IMG/VR virus record: IMGVR_UViG_3300047496_000172
Coordinates: 32,001-96,000 of that record
Length of the DNA stretch: 64,000 nt
DNA from: a virus
Direction: 5' to 3' (one strand)
This document shows positions 49,114-58,739 of this stretch, piece after piece (positions within the stretch are counted from its first letter, which is position 1; every line of letters begins with the position of its first letter). Position numbers and translations under genes: made by a program. The notes below the pieces were generated by a model. The model was not told the origin of the DNA. It saw only the letters and a list, made by a program, of their open reading frames with translations, and searched no databases.

Positions 49114-49299
49114 CTAATATTTCCAATATTGAGAACGAAAGCGGGTTTCATTATGAGAACGAACACAATCCAAAGCTTCTTCCTCAGTCTTGAAATCTGT
49201 TACGAAATCATCATCTTCGTCAGCTACCCGCCATTCTCGTCCATTATTGCGGCCAACGATTTGTTCGTAATGCCATTCTCCGGTGTGCCTTAAACTCAT
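49114..49299 (-). CDS. Hypothetical protein
   Basis: Short ORF in operon. Confidence 0.5.
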   Translation of the reverse strand: MSLRHTGEWHYEQIVGRNNGREWRVADEDDDFVTDFKTEEEALDCVRSHNETRFRSQYWKY

Positions 49300-49412
49300 T
49301 TTGCTCTCATTGTCTGATATAGATAGGAACGTATTCGCCGGTTTCAGCTAATTCTCGTTGAGATTGTTCGACGGCTTCCAACGCTTCTTGCGCGGTATGT
49401 TCCCAATCGAAA

Positions 49413-49700
49413 CTACGGATTCATAGTCATAGGAATGTTCTGGCCGGGCCATGGTGAAACTTCTGGATAATGATGACCCCAATACTTATGCTCAACTTCG
49501 ACAATAAGTCTGTGATCGCTAAAAATAGGCATATGAACGCCATTTACATAGACGTGCATGATTCCATCAATTTCCTCGTATCCATAGACATATTTCGGTG
49601 TGCCATCTGGAAACTTGGCTGACGCATCGTATGTCAGGTCGTATTCTTTGTCGTCATCGTCCATTGATTTTGTCTCGTATATCTTGAAGAGCATCTTCAA
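49413..49700 (-). CDS. Hypothetical protein
   Basis: ORF in minus-strand operon. Confidence 0.45.
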   Translation of the reverse strand: MKMLFKIYETKSMDDDDKEYDLTYDASAKFPDGTPKYVYGYEEIDGIMHVYVNGVHMPIFSDHRLIVEVEHKYWGHHYPEVSPWPGQNIPMTMNP

Positions 49701-50076
49701 AAAATACTACCGTTCCACTTTCATTATCTTCAATGGTTACTCTACGTGTCTTCAAGATATTATCGAGCAATTCAATAACATTTTCTTTAGACCTAGACTT
49801 ATCATCATTCCAAGCGTTGATAATTGAAATCTTTTTGGGAGGTAGTTCGAAACCTGTCGCGATAATTGCGGCGGTTATTTCTCCTAGCGCGCGTTCTGCA
49901 CACCAACCATTGTTATCAACCGCTCTGACGGCGCCTTCAATACACCAGAACACAGACGTTTTAGAATTGAGAGAAATAACATTTCCATCAGCATCCTTCG
50001 CCAATTGGTTTTGACACCATCCAGATTTAATTCTGGATCGAGCGTGGATAAGAAGATCGGAAATAGGATCAATCAT
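49654..50076 (-). CDS. Hypothetical phage protein (GWCQ...WCIEGA...WND type)
   Basis: Motif pattern; coupled ORF. Confidence 0.6.
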   Translation of the reverse strand: MIDPISDLLIHARSRIKSGWCQNQLAKDADGNVISLNSKTSVFWCIEGAVRAVDNNGWCAERALGEITAAIIATGFELPPKKISIINAWNDDKSRSKENVIELLDNILKTRRVTIEDNESGTVVFFEDALQDIRDKINGR

Positions 50077-50488
50077 ATCTTAATTTTTTCTCACGACTAT
50101 AGGCGAGAGCCCGAGCCTGAATAGGATGGAATATTTCATCATTGTCTACAAACTTTAACCATCTTTCTCCTATATTATCAAAAGATGGCATTTTATGTGT
50201 ATCATAAGGCAATTTATACAAATATATACTGATTATGGTACAATAAATTCCTGTTTCCACAGAAAAATTATTAAGAATAAAAGAACAGAAATTATCAGCT
50301 TGCTTCAGCCAATCATCTCGTTCTGGAGAATTATGGTATGTATTTACTGGAAGAAGCAATGAAGAAGCAAACAATATTTCCATAATCTCAATAGCAAGTT
50401 TTTCTTGCTGATCTACATTAAGATCAGAATAAATCGTTACTGTACCATCCAGAATTTCTTGAGGATTCAACTGATCTTTCCTTCGCAA
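50069..50488 (-). CDS. Hypothetical protein
   Basis: ORF in operon. Confidence 0.5.
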   Translation of the reverse strand: MRRKDQLNPQEILDGTVTIYSDLNVDQQEKLAIEIMEILFASSLLLPVNTYHNSPERDDWLKQADNFCSFILNNFSVETGIYCTIISIYLYKLPYDTHKMPSFDNIGERWLKFVDNDEIFHPIQARALAYSREKKLRYD

Positions 50489-50682
50489 TTGTCGCCACGA
50501 GCAACGATTTGCTCTAAAGCTACGCGGTTATCCAAATAGGAACCAAGGGAAGAGTGTTTTTCACAACCCCATCCTTTTGCTCCCATGGTGATGTATCGGC
50601 AACATAACGCACCCTGGCCAATCTTGCAAATTTCTTTTACCCATTTTTCGTCTTGAAAATTCATGTCATCCTGGCCGATCAT
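50467..50682 (-). CDS. Small Cys-rich protein
   Basis: CKIGQG..CCRY...CEK...ARGDNC. Confidence 0.55.
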   Translation of the reverse strand: MIGQDDMNFQDEKWVKEICKIGQGALCCRYITMGAKGWGCEKHSSLGSYLDNRVALEQIVARGDNCEGKIS

Positions 50683-50692
50683 TTATTTTTTC

Positions 50693-50956
50693 TTAGTTTC
50701 TTGAACGAACCAATATATATTCAGCAAATTGCAGGAATTTCAACACTTCCTTTACCGCAAGATAGTTGATGAAAGTATCTTGAACTTTTGCAATTGCTCT
50801 GATAGCTTCAAAAGTATTTTTTGATTTATCATTCGCGATAGAATCGAAATATTCATCAAATCTCGTCGTCCACTCGGCATATTCCGCAGATTTATGGAAC
50901 GCACTGGCTCCATACTTTTCATGAATTACAATAATATCTTCCAGCAAATCATTCAT
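50693..50956 (-). CDS. Hypothetical protein
   Basis: ORF with AAGG upstream. Confidence 0.55.
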   Translation of the reverse strand: MNDLLEDIIVIHEKYGASAFHKSAEYAEWTTRFDEYFDSIANDKSKNTFEAIRAIAKVQDTFINYLAVKEVLKFLQFAEYILVRSRN

Positions 50957-51060
50957 AGTTTTTTACCTTTACCTTACAGATGGGCGCCAAGAAGTCGAGA
51001 AACACAAAATATAAACCATCCCAACGAAAACCAGCGCGCTTATGATAAACAACAAATTTA

Positions 51061-51444
51061 TCATGACCAGTAAAATATCCATGTGCGGAAGTTTGGCTGT
51101 TCCGCTGGTTCAAATGTGAGCGTCGGCAGATCGTTATCGTCTATGTCCGCTACCGGGCACATGGCAATAGCAAGGCCCTTGGCACAAAGGGCCTGATAGC
51201 CGCCCTCACCTTCAGCGTAAATCGGCTCACCGTATTCATTAATCCCGACGTGCTCGGGCTCGATCCATCTACGCTTGCCAATATTCCACCCCAATTCCTC
51301 GGTTGCGTTCTTGAGATCGTCGATATCGACGAGAACGCGACAAACGCCGTCGTTGAGCACGCAGAGATCGTTGATATCGACGATCACGCCGTCGTTGATG
51401 GCGACGAGATCGCGCTCGGCGAAAAGGGAGTTTGTCTTATCCAT
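51061..51444 (-). CDS. Hypothetical protein
   Basis: GGAG SD; higher GC content. Confidence 0.55.
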   Translation of the reverse strand: MDKTNSLFAERDLVAINDGVIVDINDLCVLNDGVCRVLVDIDDLKNATEELGWNIGKRRWIEPEHVGINEYGEPIYAEGEGGYQALCAKGLAIAMCPVADIDDNDLPTLTFEPAEQPNFRTWIFYWS

Positions 51445-51697
51445 TTGATGTCTCCTTCGAAGAAATATTAGTCATGGCAAACGATTCTGTGCAGTCTTCC
51501 AATAATATGATGGCGATAGCCATAGTCTTGAAAGCATTCTCGACATTATTCGAGATACGCATCAATCGGTTGGCTAAATCCTTGTTGCCAGTGATGTCAA
51601 AGGCATAGGACAGTTCCGCGAGTTCGGACGCCGACCACGCAAGAGAAGCCCTCGCACATTTGGATGCTTCTAAATTCTCGTCTACATGCTTACTCAT
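51437..51697 (-). CDS. Hypothetical protein
   Basis: AGGAG SD; TTGACA upstream. Confidence 0.55.
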   Translation of the reverse strand: MSKHVDENLEASKCARASLAWSASELAELSYAFDITGNKDLANRLMRISNNVENAFKTMAIAIILLEDCTESFAMTNISSKETSNG

Positions 51698-51764
51698 CTA
51701 AATCTCCTACAATATGTTATCACAATCATCTCACAATAAAAATGTTTGTCAAGCTAAATATCGT

Positions 51765-51863
51765 ATGCGTTTTTCGGAAATTATCACTGAAGTTTCAATC
51801 AAAGCAGCCAAGGATGCTGTAGACGTTGGTGTAAATATCTTCCTCAATCTGAAGAAGAATTAG
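51765..51863 (+). pseudogene. Truncated late gene retaining only a capsid-targeting-like leader
   Basis: CTAAATA 4 nt before ATG; MRFSEIITEVSIKAAKDAVDVGVNIFLNLKKN*. Confidence 0.5.
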
Positions 51864-51920
51864 AAGCATTTTACTGGTTAGCTAAAGGCAGAAATACTTA
51901 GTGCCAAATACTTGAAAATT

Positions 51921-52109
51921 TCATACTGCCTTGTGTTCCAATGGTACATAAGCATATATTTTTTTGAATTCTTCTATAACCAAACTCAAAGCATACTGAT
52001 GAATACCACCAATAGAATCAGCTTCATCTTTTCTTAAAAGTTCCTGGCAACGTTTAAGAACAGCGATCTTCTCTTCATACGTTACTGGATACATCAAAGT
52101 GTTTCTCAT
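51921..52109 (-). CDS. Hypothetical protein
   Basis: ATGA-coupled ORF. Confidence 0.5.
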   Translation of the reverse strand: MRNTLMYPVTYEEKIAVLKRCQELLRKDEADSIGGIHQYALSLVIEEFKKIYAYVPLEHKAV

Positions 52110-52441
52110 TTTTTAAGACCGTTCCCGAGAATAGATTTTAATAGATTGCTGTAAGAACGACAAATAATAGCTGATTCATGTAGTTCTCTAATTTTTTTAT
52201 TAATTATCTGCCTAGATGTCGCAACTGGTTTTTCTGCTTCTTTTTTGACATCATCTGAAGCAGCATCAAAATGATCGCGTATAATATTTTCAAAATTTTT
52301 GTTTGTCGTATTAATTAAATTATGCAATTGATCTAATTCGCTATAAATTTCCGGAAAAAACCCCAATTCATCATCGTCATATTCTTCGGCATCATATTCT
52401 TCGGCATCATCACGTCGAATTTTTTTATATTCGTCTCTCAT
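52106..52441 (-). CDS. Hypothetical acidic protein
   Basis: AGGA SD; DAEEY duplicated. Confidence 0.55.
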   Translation of the reverse strand: MRDEYKKIRRDDAEEYDAEEYDDDELGFFPEIYSELDQLHNLINTTNKNFENIIRDHFDAASDDVKKEAEKPVATSRQIINKKIRELHESAIICRSYSNLLKSILGNGLKK

Positions 52442-52448
52442 TTTTTCC

Positions 52449-52790
52449 TTAATAAAATTTCAATGTCTTAGTTTTTATACCTATTTTAGCAATTACTTCA
52501 TTTTCTTTGCTGAATAATTCGGCTCCATATGAATCATTTTTATATGTATCAACATATAAAATTAATCCATCAAATAAACCAATACCACGAATGCCCTCAT
52601 CTTTTTCTATTATAACATTCATATTTGTTATAATGTCCTCTCTAACAAATAACATACAACTGGGAAAACAGCCGCATTGAATTATGGTGAGACCTGTTGG
52701 AGATACCGTTAAATGATCCGGAGAATATTCTTTAATCCAAACTAAAATGCTTAAGTATATCACAACTAGATATAGCAGTATCATCAACAA
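52449..52790 (-). CDS. Hypothetical membrane-anchored protein
   Basis: N-terminal hydrophobic stretch. Confidence 0.45.
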   Translation of the reverse strand: MLMILLYLVVIYLSILVWIKEYSPDHLTVSPTGLTIIQCGCFPSCMLFVREDIITNMNVIIEKDEGIRGIGLFDGLILYVDTYKNDSYGAELFSKENEVIAKIGIKTKTLKFY

Positions 52791-52890
52791 CTAATGATTG
52801 ATCCCAAATTGCATTTATATTTACAAGCTCGTTTATTGGCTTCTGACCAATTAGAAGAATCAAGATCAATATTACAGCGATTACAAAACA

Positions 52891-53874
52891 TTATTTCGTC
52901 TTTTTCTTTTTTGGTTCCACTTTTAATACCGGAGCCGAAGAAACTGGCTCTGACGCAATAACTGGGGCAAGTGGTGCTACAGATGTAGGAGGAACTACCG
53001 CTTGTGGCAATGGACCATCTTGCCTTGTGTATCTGTAATTAAGCATTTTCTGGAAGTCTCCTTGGAATTGATGTGATCCTTGATGCGTAAGTTTAGATTC
53101 GGCATCTACAAATACTTTTCCACCTAAACGTTGATATAGACGCCCAAAGCTGTAGTCCTCAGAAAGGTAGCGACCTTCTTCATCAATCATCGTGTCAAAA
53201 AAGTTGTAATAACAGTCATCGATCTGGTCAGCTAACTTTTCGAGACCAATTTGGCGGTCAGGTTTATACTTAAGTTCTGGATACGCTGCAATCATCTTAG
53301 TAAATACTTCGCGCTTAATTAACATCAATCCAGTAGGAGCGTCCTTAACTTCTACGAAGCCATTTTCAACCTTGAAAGTATTACCAACCGGATTAAATGG
53401 ATAGGTTGTATAACGAAGGAACAATTCTTCTTTCGATTGTGCTGGAATCTCGTCTGGAAAAGTGAAAGCTTTCAGTGGATAAACACCAGCGGCAATATCA
53501 TGACCACTATAAAGCAGACGATAGATAGCTTCAGGCGAGAAGCCAATATCGGCATCGATCCACATCAAATGCGTGTAAGCAGGTTGTGACAAAAATTCAG
53601 CAACAATAGAATTACGAGAACGAGTGATCAAGCTATCACCACCACGAACAATGAAAGACAGGTCCATATCCTTACGGCGTTCAACTGTATATATGAAGTT
53701 AATCAGACTTAGTAGATAATTTTGAAATACTTGGCCGCCATAGCAAGGCGTGGCGATACATAAATGAACTGGACGAGGTGCGTGTGGTGCTTGCCCAACA
53801 GCGAGAGGTTGTTCAGAAGGTTGAGCTAATAGAGAACCGGTCAGGGCGCCGGGTAAATTCAATTTTACGTTCAT
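52891..53874 (-). CDS. Putative glycosyltransferase (GT-A fold)
   Basis: IATPCYGG, SLITRSRN, WIDADI, TGLMLIKR, LSEDY.F. Confidence 0.8.
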   Translation of the reverse strand: MNVKLNLPGALTGSLLAQPSEQPLAVGQAPHAPRPVHLCIATPCYGGQVFQNYLLSLINFIYTVERRKDMDLSFIVRGGDSLITRSRNSIVAEFLSQPAYTHLMWIDADIGFSPEAIYRLLYSGHDIAAGVYPLKAFTFPDEIPAQSKEELFLRYTTYPFNPVGNTFKVENGFVEVKDAPTGLMLIKREVFTKMIAAYPELKYKPDRQIGLEKLADQIDDCYYNFFDTMIDEEGRYLSEDYSFGRLYQRLGGKVFVDAESKLTHQGSHQFQGDFQKMLNYRYTRQDGPLPQAVVPPTSVAPLAPVIASEPVSSAPVLKVEPKKKKTK

Positions 53875-53967
53875 ATTATCCTAATGAGAAAATTATAGAC
53901 TATGATTACTATAATTTTTTCAATTAAACAATATTTATTTTTCAATTCTAGCTTCGCCCCTTAATCA

Positions 53968-54282
53968 TTAATCAAATCGGCCTTGGGTCCAAATTCGTCT
54001 CATGACACCTTGAGAAATCAGCCATTCAATATTACTCCAAATTGTAATTTCACCATTCTTTCCACGAATGCGTAGATTGCCTTCCGTAGTAATTCTCTGA
54101 TAAGGCATCTCATTCGTTCTTCCTACAACTTCAAGGATATCGCCTCCTTCATATTGTTCATTACCTAAAGTGCTGAATGATTGTAGAACAATAATCTTAT
54201 CACCAGCATCCAGTTGAGGGGATGGAGCCGGGAAAATCTCTGAAAAACTAGTTACATTATTTCCAATATGAAAAACTCGCAT
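53968..54282 (-). CDS. Hypothetical protein
   Basis: AGGAG SD; TTGAC upstream. Confidence 0.55.
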   Translation of the reverse strand: MRVFHIGNNVTSFSEIFPAPSPQLDAGDKIIVLQSFSTLGNEQYEGGDILEVVGRTNEMPYQRITTEGNLRIRGKNGEITIWSNIEWLISQGVMRRIWTQGRFD

Positions 54283-54352
54283 GATAATATCTCCTATGTT
54301 TCATTATATACTAATTGATTTTTGCAATAAGTCAATAGGGATAAATAATAAA

Positions 54353-54892
54353 ATGCGTAATTGGATTAATATTGTTGAAACTTTTGGGACAACTAATTTT
54401 CTATATCACGGAACGTCTATTGACAATCTCTGGAAGATAATAAATGATAATGCATTAAAAGGTGATAGCGAAGCATTGGGTAGATCAGATGGTAATGGTA
54501 TTGGACCAAGCTTAACGCGATCATATAAAGTTGCTAAATTATTCGCGTATAATCAAGAAGATGATTTTAAGGATTATTTTACAGTAAATTATAATTTACA
54601 TGGTGCTGTATTAATATTTGATAGAAAATTATTAGATAAAAATTTCAACGTTATTTCAATAGACAATGAAGATGAGGAAGATGAGGAAGAAGAGAGAATT
54701 ATTGGAAGCATCACTCCATTGAAACCTTATCTAGTATCAATCAATTTGAACGTGTCTGATATTAAAAAATATACTAGAACAATATACAAATATAGAAAAT
54801 CAGGTATGGCAGAGACATACGAATATCCACCAGAATGGGATAAAGCTATGTTGAATTTATCTAAAAACAACCTAATAAATCGAATAAAGTAA
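54353..54892 (+). CDS. Putative capsid-internal ART-fold protein, paralog of 36963..37478
   Basis: Start reassigned to ATG 54353 (ATAAATA 5 nt upstream); MRNWINIVE; LYHGTS, GPSLTRS, EEER. Confidence 0.6.
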   Translation: MRNWINIVETFGTTNFLYHGTSIDNLWKIINDNALKGDSEALGRSDGNGIGPSLTRSYKVAKLFAYNQEDDFKDYFTVNYNLHGAVLIFDRKLLDKNFNVISIDNEDEEDEEEERIIGSITPLKPYLVSINLNVSDIKKYTRTIYKYRKSGMAETYEYPPEWDKAMLNLSKNNLINRIK

Positions 54893-55504
54893 ATGGAAGC
54901 ACAAACTTTAACTTTTAGACAGAATTCTTCTTTGGTAAAACAAAGATCAGAAAGTGATTGGTTTGTAAATTCGTATCGTCTTGACCTTTCGAGCGATCCA
55001 AACTTTCTTCATCTTCCAAATGGAAATACCGCTCAACGTGGGACCACCACCAGTGGAAGAATTCGCTTTAATATCGATCTCCAATGTTTCGAAGTTACCA
55101 AATCTGATCAATGGAATGAAATTATGGTCGCCGGTGTGTTAACATCATCCACCACTTATTTAAATTTACCATCCGGAAATGCGGTCGGAATAGCTAATTC
55201 GCCCGCTGGATCAATCCGCTATGACACCGCCAATGGCACAATAGAAGCTACAAACAACGGCACATGGTGGGCTCCAGTAACACGCCAATATGAACAAACA
55301 TTTTCCTATAATGATTTGTCAAACGGCACAATAATTCTTAGCCACAATCTAGGAAATCGGTTCTTGACAAGCGCAGTATTTGATGAAATGAATAATCATG
55401 TCATTCCTGACAATTTAAATAGCGTGGATGCAAATACCGCGCTGTTGAGTGTCATATCGTTCGGAACGTTAGTAGACAACTGGTCTATAATTCTATCCGG
55501 TTAA
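54893..55504 (+). CDS. Virion structural protein
   Basis: Duplicated LPxG.T..R...G.IR[FY][ND] repeats; SHNLG. Confidence 0.65.
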   Translation: MEAQTLTFRQNSSLVKQRSESDWFVNSYRLDLSSDPNFLHLPNGNTAQRGTTTSGRIRFNIDLQCFEVTKSDQWNEIMVAGVLTSSTTYLNLPSGNAVGIANSPAGSIRYDTANGTIEATNNGTWWAPVTRQYEQTFSYNDLSNGTIILSHNLGNRFLTSAVFDEMNNHVIPDNLNSVDANTALLSVISFGTLVDNWSIILSG

Positions 55505-55636
55505 TAACCGATCAGTTGTTCTTGAATTTTCTTCCGACGCTCTCTGTTGCTCATTCCATTTTTCCGAATTATTTAGACATAGTAATAAAAAATAAGAGAA
55601 AGTCAAGAGATTTTAAAACCATAGATAAATACGGAT

Positions 55637-56164
55637 ATGCATATAGAAATTTCCAGTCTAGACACCGCTGAATTCATAGCTCCAAGAAAAACTCATGTTG
55701 TTAGTTTACTTGATCCTGGTACAAAAATACCTAAAGTTTCTGTTAATCATCATGTCGAGTTTTTTCATGATATTGAAGGGCCAATGGCCAATTTTTATCG
55801 GCCACAAGCTACTCATATAGCAAATATTTTAGAATTTATAAAAACATTTTCTGACAATGACAATATTTTGGTACATTGTCATGCTGGAGTTAGCAGAAGC
55901 ACTGCTATATCAATTTTAATTTTTATTCAACATGGGATATCGATAGAAGATGCCTATGAGAAAGTATTTAGGGTTCGAAATTGCATGTGGCCAAATTCAC
56001 GTATCATACAGCTTGGAGATGAATTGTTGAATTGTGAAGGAAAATTACTTGTCTATCACAAAAAATGGCAAGAAGACAATAAGTTCGATTTGGGTAAATT
56101 TGCTCAAAAAACTAAAAAAGTTGAAGTAGACGCTATGAAAAATATTTTGGATTTGTTCCGTTAA
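55637..56164 (+). CDS. Cys-based protein tyrosine/dual-specificity phosphatase
   Basis: F.DI, VHCHAGVSRSTA, WPN. Confidence 0.85.
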   Translation: MHIEISSLDTAEFIAPRKTHVVSLLDPGTKIPKVSVNHHVEFFHDIEGPMANFYRPQATHIANILEFIKTFSDNDNILVHCHAGVSRSTAISILIFIQHGISIEDAYEKVFRVRNCMWPNSRIIQLGDELLNCEGKLLVYHKKWQEDNKFDLGKFAQKTKKVEVDAMKNILDLFR

Positions 56165-56406
56165 GAACGACACCCAAAACATCTTTCATTATCGTCAAGT
56201 TCTTCAATTTTACACCAATATTCGCAGTCAGAACACTTCCAAACATGATTATCAATCCAACGAAACATGGGCGTTGTTAGAATCTTTCCCATTTCGTCCG
56301 CTACTTCTTCCGGATCATTACAAGTAGCTTCCAAACGATTGCAAACTTCCATTGCAATCGTTGCTTCTTCGGGTGTTATTGGTAAAAGTTCAATTAATTG
56401 TTGCAT
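56161..56406 (-). CDS. Small Zn-ribbon protein
   Basis: CSDCEYWC...CFGC. Confidence 0.55.
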   Translation of the reverse strand: MQQLIELLPITPEEATIAMEVCNRLEATCNDPEEVADEMGKILTTPMFRWIDNHVWKCSDCEYWCKIEELDDNERCFGCRS

Positions 56407-56474
56407 AATTACACCTATCGTTTTCTGGGATCATATGTGGTTCCGGTCATCTTGTGCGACCGCGCTCGTTCGCG

Positions 56475-56526
56475 TTATGTTTCAGGATTATGTTTCAGGA
56501 TTATGTTTCAGAATTATGTTTCAGGA
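56475..56526. repeat. 13-bp tandem repeat x4
   Basis: TTATGTTTCAG(G/A)A x4. Confidence 0.9.
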
Positions 56527-56699
56527 TTAATTTTATCCTGTTCGTGGGCATCGATTATTTCTTGAACGATATCTCTGGCATAATCCATGTGATCAGCCGC
56601 CGTATCTGTTCCATAGGGACCACAGTTCCCGCAATCATCGTTCTCACGATTAGCGATTTCTTCTGCCATCTTGAGAATAATAGATTCTATTCTAGTCAT
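56514..56699 (-). CDS. Hypothetical protein
   Basis: Coupled ORF; its stop lies in the repeat. Confidence 0.5.
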   Translation of the reverse strand: MTRIESIILKMAEEIANRENDDCGNCGPYGTDTAADHMDYARDIVQEIIDAHEQDKINPET

Positions 56700-56851
56700 T
56701 ACTTGGATTCTTTGGACGATTCATCATCGAAGTCGCCACGGTTAACATGCTTGCGAACGCCACGATTGGCGGCAATGCGGCTGCTCTTCTTGGGGGCACC
56801 CCAAGTTCCACCAATACGGCGGCCGGTGAGCTTGATTTGACGGCTATTCAT
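56699..56851 (-). CDS. Small basic protein (50 aa)
   Basis: Manual translation MNSRQIKLTGRRIGGTWGAPKKSSRIAANRGVRKH...; AAGGAG SD; TTGACA upstream. Confidence 0.5.
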   Translation of the reverse strand: MNSRQIKLTGRRIGGTWGAPKKSSRIAANRGVRKHVNRGDFDDESSKESK

Positions 56852-56933
56852 TGAATTATCTCCTTAAATCTCTTATGAATTTATCCTACACTAAACCAAA
56901 AAATTGTCAATTCGTTTTTCCATAAATAGTTGA

Positions 56934-58727
56934 ATGAGACATGGAAGCATAGAACTCTACGGACCATTAATCCAACAAACACCAGAAGGTATTCAAGTTG
57001 GTAGCGGAAATACTGCTACTAGACCAGAAAATGCTAACAATGGTGTGATCCGTTTTAATAACGATCTCCAAAGTCTGGAAACCGTTGTCGATGGTGTATG
57101 GCTTAATGTCGGGGGAGGCGGCTCAAATGGTGGGGCTAATACCGAAATATTAGCCATTGCTATCGCTTACACCAACACTGCCGTCAATGCAGCAATAATC
57201 ACTTCTGAACATTATACCGATAATGCATTCGCAAATTCTATCACATATTCAAATACTATATTGCTATCTGCAAATAATTATACAAATACTCAGATAAGTA
57301 GTGGCTTGGCTATGTCTCAGGCTTACACTAATTCTCAGGTAACTTATGCGATTACGACTTCTGAAAATTATACGAATAGTGTTTTAGCTAATGTAACTGG
57401 TCATTTAACTGTTGCGAATAATGGTTCAAATGTAACGACTGCGACCACAACTTTGAATTTTACTGGTAATGGTGTAACGGTTTCAAATGTTGGTGGTGTG
57501 GCTACTGTTAATATTATTAGAGGTTCGTCTGGTGGTTCCGCTTTAACAGTAGCAAGTAATAGTAATGTTGTGAGTAATGCGGCAACCTATCTCAATTTTA
57601 GTGACAAATTCAATGTAAATCAATCCAATAGTATAATAAACATAGACTTGGCTAATTCTACGGGAGGTTCTTTCTACAATACATCCAAAAATGGTATACC
57701 ACCATTTTCTGATTTTACTTCATATAATCCCGGCGGCACTGCTACTATAACACATGTAGAAGGAAAAGCTGTTGAGCTTTATATGTCTGGAGCCTCACAA
57801 GATAATATATATTTTTACAAAAATGCACCAAGCACTCCATATAGAATAGTATCTAGACTTGATGTAAATTATTTACCTTTTAGAAGTGTTCAGTTCAATA
57901 CATTTGGTATTGGTTGGTATAATACTTCTAGTGGAGCAATTGGTTTTGTTGGTAAATGTGCGGCACAAGGTGGTGATAATCATACATCATTAGTTGTAAG
58001 AGATTCAACATACTGGAATTTTATTAACAATTCAGAATTTTCTTTTCAAGGACCAGTATATTTTGCTATTGAGGATGATGGAACTACCATATACTACCAA
58101 TATAGCATTAACAGTCTCACATGGATAACTTTATATAGTGTGGCAAAATCTTCGGGGGGTGTTGGTGATTATACTCATCCATTTATATATGTTTCTGCTT
58201 ACGAAGAAATGTCTCTTATTTTGTCTCTATGGGACGAAAATGGTCTCACAAGAGGTATTAATGATGTGATTGATACTGCTGGTGGTAGTGGCGGAAGTGG
58301 TTCTGTTACAAATGTTGCCTTAACATCAAATACTTTATCGATATCAGGTAGTCCAATTACCAGTTCTGGTGTAATTGATGTAGAATTACAAAATAGCGGA
58401 GTAACACCTGGATCATATAATCATTTTACAGTTAATAAATATGGATTGATAACCAATGCTTCAACAAGTAATTCTGCCGCCTCTCTGATTATCAAACATA
58501 ATAATACAGTGGTATCTAATGCCGCTGTGAGTCTAAATTTTACTGGAAATGGTGTTTCCGTTTCAGACGATGGTCTTGGAAATTCTACCATAACGATCAA
58601 TTCATCTACAAGTAATTCTACAAGTAATGCATCAGCAACATGGATTCCATTGGTAACCGGAGCCGATCCACCAGTATTGGTTTCAGATGGTGATGGACAT
58701 TTGATAATCATCGCATTTAATCCTTGA
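56934..58727 (+). CDS. Tail-fibre/whisker-like virion protein
   Basis: Late box; repeated LNFTGNGV.VS units; GVTPGSY...TVN.YG.IT fibre motif; lectin-like insert. Confidence 0.75.
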   Translation: MRHGSIELYGPLIQQTPEGIQVGSGNTATRPENANNGVIRFNNDLQSLETVVDGVWLNVGGGGSNGGANTEILAIAIAYTNTAVNAAIITSEHYTDNAFANSITYSNTILLSANNYTNTQISSGLAMSQAYTNSQVTYAITTSENYTNSVLANVTGHLTVANNGSNVTTATTTLNFTGNGVTVSNVGGVATVNIIRGSSGGSALTVASNSNVVSNAATYLNFSDKFNVNQSNSIINIDLANSTGGSFYNTSKNGIPPFSDFTSYNPGGTATITHVEGKAVELYMSGASQDNIYFYKNAPSTPYRIVSRLDVNYLPFRSVQFNTFGIGWYNTSSGAIGFVGKCAAQGGDNHTSLVVRDSTYWNFINNSEFSFQGPVYFAIEDDGTTIYYQYSINSLTWITLYSVAKSSGGVGDYTHPFIYVSAYEEMSLILSLWDENGLTRGINDVIDTAGGSGGSGSVTNVALTSNTLSISGSPITSSGVIDVELQNSGVTPGSYNHFTVNKYGLITNASTSNSAASLIIKHNNTVVSNAAVSLNFTGNGVSVSDDGLGNSTITINSSTSNSTSNASATWIPLVTGADPPVLVSDGDGHLIIIAFNP

Positions 58728-58739
58728 TAAATATAGTTT

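Noticed and set aside
56475-56526. CRISPR array
   Set aside because: The 13-bp units have no spacers, and no cas genes are present.
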